A stretch of DNA of 64,000 bases, taken from NCBI GenBank assembly GCA_965249555.1, contig OZ252243.1, forward strand, positions 32,001-96,000, given 5' to 3'. A program made the translations under genes and the position numbers. Under the pieces are notes generated by a model. The model saw nothing but the letters and a program-made list of their open reading frames with translations, searched no databases and was not told the origin of the DNA. The DNA is from Nitrosopumilus sp. Lineage in GTDB: Archaea; Thermoproteota; Nitrososphaeria; Nitrososphaerales; Nitrosopumilaceae. Shown here piece after piece: positions 1 through 12,000 of this stretch. Position 1 is the first letter of the stretch, and every line of letters starts with the position of its first letter.

Positions 1-3000
1 CATAAATCAAATATCCTATGGCACCATCCACTGCATCCCATTCAATCGTTATACTTGTCGGAGTGACTGCCCCTACTCTAAGTGAAGGAGGTGCAGGCGA
101 AGTCGTTATGGATAAACTGTCAACTTGTGCACCATCAAATGAGAGGGTTATATCTCCATTATAATTATACCCGACTGGTACTAGAGTAGATGATGTTTCA
201 CCCAACTCATCATTTGTAATGCTGACAGTAATGCTCTGATCAGTACCATATCCAATTATGAAATCACCGGATTTTAATGGTACAAAGGATATTAGTACAT
301 CTTCAGCGCGTGTTTCGATAGCAAAAGGTTCTTGAATTGCAGGTATCTCAATTGGCGTACCAGGTGATGCAGTCGAACTTGTAGATACAACCAGATTGGC
401 AGATGTGTCACTGGTCTGGGAGATATCATTGTGTGATTCGGCGTGATAAATGTAAATCGTTTCGGGTTCCAAGGAATCATCAGTGTATGATACGTCAGGG
501 GTAGTTGCTATGGGTATATTATTTTTATACAATTTGTATTCTTGAGCACCAGTTGATTCTTCCCATACAATCAGAATGCTTGTAGGAGTTATTGTTGTTG
601 CCCTAATTGTAGGAGGGGCAGGTTCTGTGTTTATTGGTATACTGTCAATTGCATCACTGCCAAAGAAGAGGGCGACGGTTCTATTGAAATTATAACCGAC
701 TGATACTATAGTGGTTGATGCTGAACCTTCATCACCAGCTGCAATGGTGACAGGGATGCTCTGATCACCATATTTAATGGTAAACTCACCGGATATTGTT
801 GGTACAAAGAATACGGATATCTCATCACCATCAGCTGCAACATCAAAAGATTGTGCAGCCGAACTTATGGTTACGGCAAACTCTGCAGAAGGAGCACTTG
901 TTTTGCCCTCAGGTGTTGTTGATGTAATTATATAATTATATTCTGTATCAGCAATCAGGTTCTCATCAGTGGCAGTCAATATATCGCCTGATGCCACTGT
1001 TACATCATTAATGCTATCAACAACTCTGGTCAGGGTATAAGTTTCGGCATTATTCACTGAATTCCATGAGAGCGTTATGCTTGTTGGAGTGACTGCTCCC
1101 AGTAAAAGTGTCGGAGTTTCAGGTATGGTTGTATCAGTTGGTGCTGCAGTTGTAGATACCGCAAACTCTGCAGAAGGAGTACTTGTCCCGGCAGAATTTG
1201 TTGCCGTAATTATATAATTGTAATCAGTTGCAGGTTCCAAGTTCCCATCAGTGTATGATGTACCAGTAATGTCGGGTATCTCTGTTGTCTCTATGCCAAC
1301 AGTTCTGGTCAAAGTGTAAGTTTTGGCATAATCCACTGCACCCCATGATAACGTTATAGTTGTATCAGTGGTTGCTCCTGCGACAAGTGTGGGAGTAGCA
1401 GGTGCAGGTGCTGCAGCTGTACTTGCAGTAACCTCGTTAGATGAACCACTTGTACCGGCAGCATTTGTTGCCGTAATGACATACCTGTACGGTGTCTCAG
1501 CAGTCAGGCCAGTATCAGTGGCAGTCAATGCATCAGTTGTTGGCACTAGTACATTAGCACCGCCTGCAACAATTCTGGTCAGGGTGTAACTGTCGGCACC
1601 AACCCTATCCCATGATAGTGTTATGGTATTATGAGCGGTATCTGTAATTCTGAGTGTCGGAGTTGCAGGAGATGTAGTTACAGATAACGGTACTGATGGT
1701 TGGCTTTTCACAGTACGATCACTGTTATATGATTCGACAGTAAAGGAATAAGTTGTTCCAGGAGTTAAATTAATGTATGTATGCGTTGTGCCAATAACTG
1801 TTATTGGTCGTAAGCCCTCTAGGTGCAAGAAATAGTCAGCAGCGCCATGTATAGCAGTCCATGTAATTGTTACACTTGTACCAGTGATTTCTCCTAGTTC
1901 AAGTACTGGTGCGGCCAGTGTTGTAGCCACATCCAGATCATCAGAGTCCTCACTTGACCCGGCAGAATTTGTTGCTGTGGCGTGATATGTGTAGAATTTT
2001 CCCGGAGTTACTGTAGTATCAGTGTGGGATAATTCAGTGGTAGTAGTTGCTATGGAAACATCATCCCTGAACAGCTTGTATCCTGTGGCACCCTCCACTA
2101 TATCCCATGTAATCACTATGCTTGTATCAGTGATTGCCCCGGTACCAAGTGCTGGTGCTGCAGGAACCGTAAGTACAGGTAACGCCGATGATGGTGAGCT
2201 TTTCACAGAATCACTGCTGCGTGACTCTGCAGCGAAAGAATAATCTGTACCGGCAGTCAGGCCAGTAACAGTATGCGTTGTGCCAGTAACTGTTGCTATT
2301 GGTGTTGCAGAATTATCTTGGTACAATAAATAGTCAGCAGCGCCATGTATAGCAGTCCATGTAATTATTACAGTTGTATCAGTGACTGCTCCTTTCACAA
2401 GTACTGGTGGTGCTATGGTTGTAGCTGCGGTCAGATCCTTAGATGCGTCACTTGGCCCGGCAGAATTAGTTGCTGTGGCGTGATATGTGTAGGATTTTCC
2501 CGGAGTCAATTCATCATCAGTGTGGGATAATTCAGTGGTGGTAGTTGCTATGGAAACATCATCCCTGAACAGCTCGTATCCTGTGGCACCATCCACTATA
2601 TCCCATGAAATCACAATGCTTGTATCAGTGACTGCTCCCCTCACAAGTACAGGTGGTTCAGATGCTACGGCATTTTTAGCAGGTATATCTGCCCATACCG
2701 TACCGCCTTCATATAATATAGTAAAACTACTACCAGTACCTTGCGTACCAGTATCGCCAGTTACGCCGATTCTGTCAGCGGCATTTGCCAGTTCAAGATC
2801 TGTACTCAAAGAAATAATATGGGAATCGGTAAACACCTCTGCAAGTGTACTTTGACTGCCGCCTGTATCTAGATGAATAATATATGCGCCTTCTACAGAT
2901 GGTACATTCTCCCAGGACAGTCTGATGAAATTGTTAGCCAGTCTTTCAACTGTTAGAGTTGGTGCTGTGGTGTCAGATACGGTAATTGTAATTGATTTTT

Positions 3001-6000
3001 GGTCTGGCGTGTTACCTGCCGCATCAGCTGGTGCATCATACAATACGGTGTATTCTCCTATACTACTGGTGTCAGGTGTATTACCTGTAACTGCTACTGT
3101 TTCAGAGTAGGCGGGGTCATTATCTTCTACAGTAGCGTCAGGTATAGTGTAGGTGTTGGTTTGAGTTAACTCTATTGTTTCACTGGATCCTGTTACTGTG
3201 ATTACCGGTTTTTCGGTATCAAGTGTAATGACTAAAGCTGATGATGGACCAGATGTGTTTGCTCCATCAGATGCCGTTACAGTGAATGAGTTCTCGCCAT
3301 CAGTCAGTGTAACTGTAAATGAGAAATTCCCTGAACCATCGGCAGTTGCCGTACCAGCTGGTGTTGCTCCATTGAATAGTGCTACAGTTGTCCCGGCCTC
3401 AGCCGTACCATCAATCGTGAATGATGGTGTATTGACAGTTGCAGGTGAGGTGGTGATTTCAGGAACTGCTGGTGCTGTTGTATCTGTAACTGTAACTGTT
3501 CTAGTTACTGTGTCTGCATGGTTTCCAGCCGCATCATCCACATCAAAGGTGACATCATAGGTTCCAACCGTACCGATATCAACTGTATCTCCGCCAACAA
3601 CTACACCACTTGTGATATCCCCATCAGTGTTATCAGTTGCAGAATAGGTGAATGCTGTGTATGTTTCTCCAAGTTCAAGGGAGAATGAATCTTCATTAAC
3701 TGTGATAGATGGTGCTGTTGTATCAGGTGCTGTTGTATCAGGTGCTGTTGTATCAGGTGCAGGTGGAGTCGTTATGGATACACTGCCAACTTCCACACCA
3801 CCAAATGAGAGGGTGACAGGGTTGTCATAATTATACCCGACTGGCACTATAGTAGTTGATGTTTCACCCAACTCATCATTTGCAATGCTGACAGTTCTCT
3901 GATCAGTACCATATCCAATTATGAAATTGCCGGATTTTAATGGCACAAAGGATACGGATGCGTCATCAGCGCCAGCTATGACACCAAAAGAGCCTGATTC
4001 TATTGCAGGTATCTCAATTGGCGTACCAGGTGTTGCAGTCGAACGTGTAGATACAACCAGGTCGGCAGATTTGCCACTTTGCTGTGAAGCGGCGTTAGAT
4101 GATGTGGCATGATAAATGTAAATCGTTTCAGGAGTCAAGCCAGTGTCAGTGTATGATGTATCAAAGGCATATTCTATGAATACACCATTTCTAAACAACG
4201 AATATAACACGGCACCAGTCACTTTACTCCATTCAATCTCAATGCTTGATTCGGTGATTTCTACTGCTCTAAGTGTGGGTGCGGCTAGAACTGTATCAGT
4301 TGATGCTGCAGTTGTAGATGCTGCAAACTTTGCAGAAGGAGCACTTGGCCCGGCAGAATTTGTTGCCGTAATTATATAATTGTAATCTGCATCAACAATC
4401 AGGCCAGTATCTGTGGCAGTCAATATATCGCCGGATATCACTGTTACATCATTAATGCCATCAACAATTCTGGTCAGGGTGTAACTGTCGGCATTATCCA
4501 CTTTAACCCATGATAACGTTATGCTTGTTTCAGTGACTTCTCCCAGTACAAGTACGGGAGTAGCAGGTGGTGCTATGGTTGTAACTGCAACCAGATCCTC
4601 AGATGGAACGCTTGTCCCGGCAGCGTTAGTTGATGTGGCATGATATGTGTAGGATGTTCCGGGAGTTACCATATTATCAGTGTAGGATAATTCAGTGACA
4701 GGTCCCAGGGAAACATCATCTCTGAATAGCTCGTATTCTGTGACACCATCCACTGCACCCCATGAAATCACAACACTTGTCGGAGTGATTTCTCCTTTAA
4801 CAAGTACGGGTGGGGCAGGTCCAGTAGTTACAGATACACTGCCAACTTGTGCACCATCAAATGAGAGGGTGACAGGGTTGTCATAATTATACCCGACTGG
4901 CACTATAGTAGTTGATGTTTCACCCAACTCATCATTTGCAATGCTGACAGTTCTCTGATCAGTACCATATCCAATTATGAAATTGCCGGATTTTAATGGC
5001 ACAAAGGATACGGATGCGTCATCAGCGCCAGCTATGACACCAAAAGAGTCCGATACAATTGGAGGTATCGCAATTGGCGTACCAGGTGTTGCAGTCGAAC
5101 GTGTAGATACAACCAGATTGGCAGATGGTTCACTTGTCTGGGAAATGTCGTTAGTTGATGTGGCATGATAAATGTAAATCGTTTCAGGAGTCAAGCCAGT
5201 GTCAGTGTAGGATAATGCAGTGACAGTTTCCAAGAAAGCATCATCTCTGAATAGCTCGTATCCTGTGGCACCAGTTGGTGCAGTCCATTCAATCACAATG
5301 CTTGTTTCAGTGATTGCTCCTGCGACAAGTTCAGGAGGTGCTATGGTTGTAGATATTTCCAGATCAGCAGAGTTGTCACTTGTCTGGGGAATGTCGTTAG
5401 TTGATATGGCATGATAAGTGTAGGATGTTCCGGGAGTTACTATATTATCAGAATATGATGTACCAGTGACAGGTCCCAGGGAAGCATCATCTCTGAATAG
5501 CTCGTATCCTGTGGCACCCTCCACTATATCCCATGCAATCACTATACTTGTCGGAGTGATTGCTCCCGGTCTAAGTGTAGGTGGTGCTATGGTTGTAACT
5601 GCAACCAGATCCTCAGATGGAACGCTTGTCTCGGCAGCGTTAGTTGATGTGGCATGATATGTGTAGGATGTTCCGGGAGTTACTATATTATCAGAATATG
5701 ATGTACCAGTGACAGTTCCCAAGGAAGCATCATCTCTGAATAGCTCGTATCCTGTGGCACCAGTTGATGCAGTCCATTCAATCACTATACTTGTCGGAGT
5801 GATTGCACCAGGTCTAAGTGTAGGAGGTGCTATGGTTGTAACTGCAATCAAATCCTCAGAGTTGTCACTTGCCTGCAAAGCACGGTTAGTTGATGTGGCA
5901 TGATATGTGTAGGATGTGTAAGGATCCAAGCCAGTGTCAGTGTAGGATAAACCAAAAATAGCTCTTATGAGACTGTCATCTCTATACAACTTGTAGAAGT

Positions 6001-9000
6001 GGGCATTTGGTTGTGCATCCCATGAAATCACTATACTTGTCGAATTGATTGCTCCTTTCACAAGTACGGGTGGGGCAGGTAGTGGATGTGCCCTAGCTGT
6101 AGTTGCAGCCCGATTGGCAGAGTCCTCACTTGTCCCAGCAGAATTAGTTGCTGTGGCATGATATGTGTAGGATGTTGCAGGAGTCAAGGTCTCATCAGTG
6201 TAGAATAATTCAGTGGTAGTTGTCACTGAGTTGCCATCTCTAAACAGCTCGTATCCTGTGGCACCAGTCACTATATCCCATGCAATCACTATGCTTGTCG
6301 AAGTGATTTCTCCTGTCCTAAGTGCAGGTGCGGCAGGTGGAGTTGCTGCATCAGTCCTTGCAGCAACCTCGGCAGAACTATCACTTGTCCCGACAGAATT
6401 TGTTGCCGTAATGGTATACTTGTAATCTGTATCAGGTTCCAAGTTCTCATCAGTGGTAGTCAATACGTTGGTTTCTAATAGCACCGTTACAGCAGGATTG
6501 TTTCCAAGGGTTCTGCTCAGGGTGTAGCTGTCGGCATTCTCCACTGCAACCCATGAAAGTGATATAGTTGTATCAGTAGTTGCTCCTGCAGAAAGTATGG
6601 GTGCTGCAGGTGCAGTTGGTTCAGGTCCTACTGTTACAGTTTCAGTGATTGTTGTGGTTTGTCCATTGCTGTCAGTTACAGTATAAGTTACGACATACTC
6701 TCCAGAAGCGTTGACATTTACTGTTTCACCGCCAACTATACTGGATGCAATTCCTGAGATATCAAATGCATTGTTAATTACACCTTGGGTGTATGTTTCG
6801 CCAAATGGTACTGCAGTGGAATAGTCAACTGTGTTGCCATCAACATCAAAGGTTGGCGGTGTGGTATCAGATACGGTAATTACAATTGATTTTTGGTCTG
6901 GTGTGTTATTTGCCGCATCATCTGGTGCATCATACAATACGGTGTATACTCCTACAACACGGGTGTCAGGTGTATTACCAGAGACTGTTACTGTTTCAGA
7001 GTAATTTGGGTCATTATCAGTTACAGTGGCGCCTTGTTCTGTGTAGGTGTTGGTTGCAGTTAATTCAATTCTTTGGGTGGATCCTGTTGGTGTGATAGAT
7101 GGCGGTGTGTTATCTGTAACTGTAACTGTTCTAGTTACTGTAACTGCAGAGTTTCCAGCCGCATCATCTACATCAAAGGTAACAGTGTAAGTATTAGCTA
7201 TACTGGTATCAACTGTATCTCCAACAACTACCTTACCTGTGATATCTCCATCAGTGTCATCAGTTGCAGAATAGGTGAATGGCACGTATGTTTCTCCAAG
7301 TTCAACGGAGAATGAATCCTTATTGACTGTGATAGATGGTGCTGTATCATCAGGTGCAGGTCCGGTAGTTACAGATTCCCTTGCAACCTCGACACCGCCG
7401 GCAATTGAAATGATAACATTGCCAGTATAATCATACCCGACTGTTTCTGTGTGAATGTTTGGGGTGGCTGCATCATCTATTGGAAAGTTAATGGTAGAAC
7501 CATTCTCAAATTCAATTACAAAATTACCGGTGTGTGAGGATGTGAAGGTTATAGTTACTTTATCTCCGTCAGTATGAGGGGCACTGGTGAGAGTGTATGT
7601 GGAAGAATCAGTACTTGCAGTAACCTCGTTGGAAGGTTCACTTGATCCAACGGAATTTGTAGCTATAAGGGTATACTTGTACTCTGTGTCTGCAGTCAGG
7701 TTCTCATCAGTGAAAGTCGTTGCATCGCCGGATAACGTTTCAGTACCAGCAGCACTGCCTGCAAGGGTTCTGCTCAGGGTGTAACTGTTGGCATTACCCA
7801 CTGTACCCCATGAAAGTGATATGGTTGTATCAGTGGTAGAGTCTACAGAAAGCACAGGTATTTCAGGTACAGTTGGTGCAACAGTTGGTGCTGCAAGTGT
7901 AGTTACAGACACGACATCAGAGGCGGCACTGTCTCCAGCTATAGACACTGCCCTTATGGAATAGGTGTAAGTTGTTTCAGGTTCCAAGGTATCATCATAT
8001 GAGGTTCCAGTGACTGCTATCTCAGTTGGTCCTGTGCCACCTGTTCTGCTCAGCGTATAACCAGTTGCACCAGTCTGCGCATCCCATGAGAACACTACAC
8101 TGTTATGAGTAATATCTCCTTTGACAAGTGTCGGGGTGCCAGGTATAGTTGATACTGATTCCCTTGCATATTCATGTCCACCAAATGAGATGACAATCTC
8201 ACCAATAAAGCCATGACCAGTTGATAGTGTAATATTTTCGGTGGCATTACCTACTTCATCAGTATTAATAGTCCAGAGCGTGCTCGGACCACCTACTGCT
8301 TGAATCAGAAATGTGCCTGCTCTTAATGGTACAAAGGATACAGTTACATCTCCATCATCACGTGCAGTAGCGATAAATGTGCCTGCCTTGATTGCCAGAG
8401 TCCTTGCAGACTGGCTTGCAACATCCTTACTGTCAAATGAGAGGGTTACATCACCATCAAAGTCATACCCAACTGTTATTGTGCTCTCTTTTACTGCTGA
8501 ATCTGATACATCCTCAGCTGAGACAGCAACTGTATCACTTGACTCACTAGATGTAATCGTAAATGTGCCTTCCTTTAAGGCTGTAAATGTCACAAGTAAT
8601 TTGTCTGCATTTGCCGTATGGGTAACCTCAAAAGAGCCTGTCTTTATTGCCGGCGTTTCAACTGGTGCTGCAGTTGTAGATGCTGCAAACTCTGCAGAAG
8701 GATCACTTGTACCGGCAGTATTTGTTGCCACAATGACATACTTGTAATTAGTTGAAGGAGTCAGGTTCCTATCTGTGGCAGACAATATATCGCCTGATTC
8801 CACCACTACATTATCACCGCCATCAACAATTCTGGTCAGAGTGTAAGTTTCGGCATTAGCCACTGCAACCCATGCGAGCTCTATGGTATTATGAGTATTA
8901 GATGCAATACCAAGTGCGGGAGTAGCAGGTGGAGCAGTTGCTGCAATTACTTTGTATATTCTGGTTTTACCAACAGCTGGGTTTGTACCATCAGTTGAGG

Positions 9001-12000
9001 AATAAGTGATAGTGTAATCGCCTACTGTGGTAACATCAACAGTTCCGGATGTATTAATTTCAGAGCCATCATCAGTTGAGACTCCTTCAAGAAGTTTTGG
9101 TGCAGGTGAGTTTAGTTCAAGAGTGATTTCCTCTGGAGTTACTGTGATTACTGGTGGAGTAGTATCAATTGATGCTGTTCCAGTTGTAGTTGCAGTAACC
9201 GTATTAGAACGAACACTTTCCCCAAAAGTATTTGTTGCTGTAACGAAATACTTGTACTCTGTACCAGAAAGCAGACTATCATCATCGGTACTGAGTCCGC
9301 TGGTGCCTGACAACACTATTACATCATTACCGCCATCAACAATTCTGGTTAAAGTGTAACTGTCGGCATTACCCACTGCAGTCCATGAAAGGAATATAAT
9401 TGCATCAAGAGTTATGTCTACAGAAAGTACGGGTGCGGCTGGTGGTGTAGTTAATGCTGTTCCAGTTGAAGTTGCAGAAACCACGTTAGAACTGGTAATT
9501 ACCCCAGCACCATCAAATGCTGTGACATGATATCTGTAGGTCGTTCCAGGAAACACAGTATCAATGTGTGTTGTCCCTGCAATATTTCCTCCTTGCGGAC
9601 GGCCATCTCTATACACCTTATAGTATGTGGCATCAGTCACTGAAGTCCATGAAAGTGCTATACTTGTATCAGTAATTGCTCCTACAGAAATTACAAATGG
9701 ATCTTCTACTGTTACAGTTTCAGTGATGATAGCAGATAATCCATTGTTGTCAGTTACGGTATAAGTTACGACATACTCTCCAGAAGCGTTGACATTTACT
9801 GTTTCACCGCCAACTATACTGGATGCAATTCCTGAGATATCAAATGCATTGTTAATTACACCTTGGGTGTATGTTCCGCCAAATGGTACTGTAGTGGAAT
9901 AGTCAACTGTGTTACCATCAACATCAAAGGTTGGCGGTGTGGTATCAACTACAGAAATTACAATTGATTGTTGGTCTGGTGTGTTGCCTGCCGCATCATC
10001 TGGTGCATCATACAATACGGTGTAAACTCCTATACTACTGGTGTCAGGTGTATCACCAGAGACTGCTACTGTTCTAGGGTAGGCCGGGTCATTATCAGTT
10101 ACGGTGCCGCCTTGTTCTGTGTAGGTGTCAGTTGCAGTTAATTCAATTCTTTGGGTGGATCCTGCTGGTGTGATAACTGGTGGTGTAGTATCTGTAACTG
10201 TAACTGTTCTAGTTACTGTTTCTGCAGGGTTTCCAGCTGCATCATTTACATCAAAGGTAACATCATAGGTTCCAGCTGTATCGGTATCAGCTGGATATCC
10301 AGCAACAGCTACCTCACCGGTGATAATCCCGTCAGTATTATCATTTGCAGTAAAGGTGAATAGCTCGTACGTTCCTCCAAGCTCAACTGAAAATGATTCT
10401 TCATTGACTGTGATAGATGGTGCTGTAACATCAGCAGTTACTGTAACTGTTCTAGTTACTGTTTCTGCAGGGTTTCCAGCCGCATCATCCACATCAAAGG
10501 TGACATCATATGCTCCAACAGTACCGGTATCAACTGTATCTCCGCCAACAGTTACACCACTTGAGATATCTCCGTCAATATTATCAGTTGCAGTAAAGGT
10601 GAATGCTGTGTATGTTTCTCCAAGCTCGATGGAGAATGATTCTTCATTGACTGTGATAGATGGTGCTATATCATCAGGTGCAGTTCCAGTTGTAGTTACA
10701 GACTCAACATTAGAACTGGCACTTGCCGCAAGACCATTGAATGCTATGACATGATATGCGTACTCTGTTCCAGGAGTCAGACCAGTATCCGCGAATGATG
10801 TCACTCCGATATCTCTTCCTTGTGCAATGCCATCCCTATACACATTATAGTGTGTAGCACCAGTCACTGCACCCCATGAAAGTGCTATACTTGTGTCAGT
10901 AATTGCTCCTACAGAAAGTACGGGTGCGGCTAGTGGTGCAACCAAGGTCGTTACATGTATCCTTGCAACTTCTGTACCGCCAAATGAAACGACAACGTCA
11001 TCATCATAACCATAACCTATGGGGATATTGGGTAAGACTTGACTTTTATTTATGTGAGTATCCTCGGCATCGAAAGAATTGGTTCTGCCGTCATATTCAA
11101 ATGTGTAGCTGCCGACTTGTAGCGGTGTAAAGGTAATGTGTATCTTATCTCCTGCAGTATTCAGTTGATAGCTAAGAGAGCCTGCCTCGATTGCAGTCTG
11201 GTCAAGTGTGTAAGTTGGTGCGTTAGGAACTAATACAGATGCTGCAGTTGTAGTTGCAGCAACCTCGGCAGAACTATCACTTGTCTCGACAGAATTTGTT
11301 GCCGTAATGGTATACTTGTAATCTGTATCAGGTTCCAAGTTCTCATCAGTGTATGATATAGTATTGCCCCCAGAGACCGGTATCTCAGCTGGCCCTGCGC
11401 CACCTGTTCTGCTCAGAGTGTAACTGTCGGCATTCTCCACTGCACCCCATGAAAGTGTTACAGTTGTATCAGTGGTAGAGTCTACAGAAAGCACAGGTGT
11501 TTCAGGTGGAACTGGTGTTGCAGCTGTAGTTACATCCAGATCCTCAGATGGAACGCCTGTATACGTATCAGAATGTGATGTAATAGTAAAAGTGTAATCG
11601 GTTTCAGCAGTTAAATTATCAACAGTATGCGTCAAAGCACTGGTGCGTATTACCAATGTATTACCGTTGAACAATGAATATTCAGTTGCACCAGTTGGTG
11701 CAGTCCATGTAATCACTATACTTGTATCAGTAATTTCTCCTGCAGAAAGTACAGATGGTGCTATGGTTGTAACTGCAACCAGATCCACAGATGCGTCACT
11801 TGTCCCGGCAGCGTTAGTTGATGTGGCATGATATGTGTAGGATGTTCCGGGAGTTACTGCAGTATCAGAATATGATGTACCTGTGACAGTTCCCAGGGAA
11901 GCATCATCTCTGAATAGCTCGTATCCTGTGGCACCAGTCACTGCATCCCATGAAATCACAACACTTGTCGGAGTGATTTCTCCCAGTACAAGTACGGGTG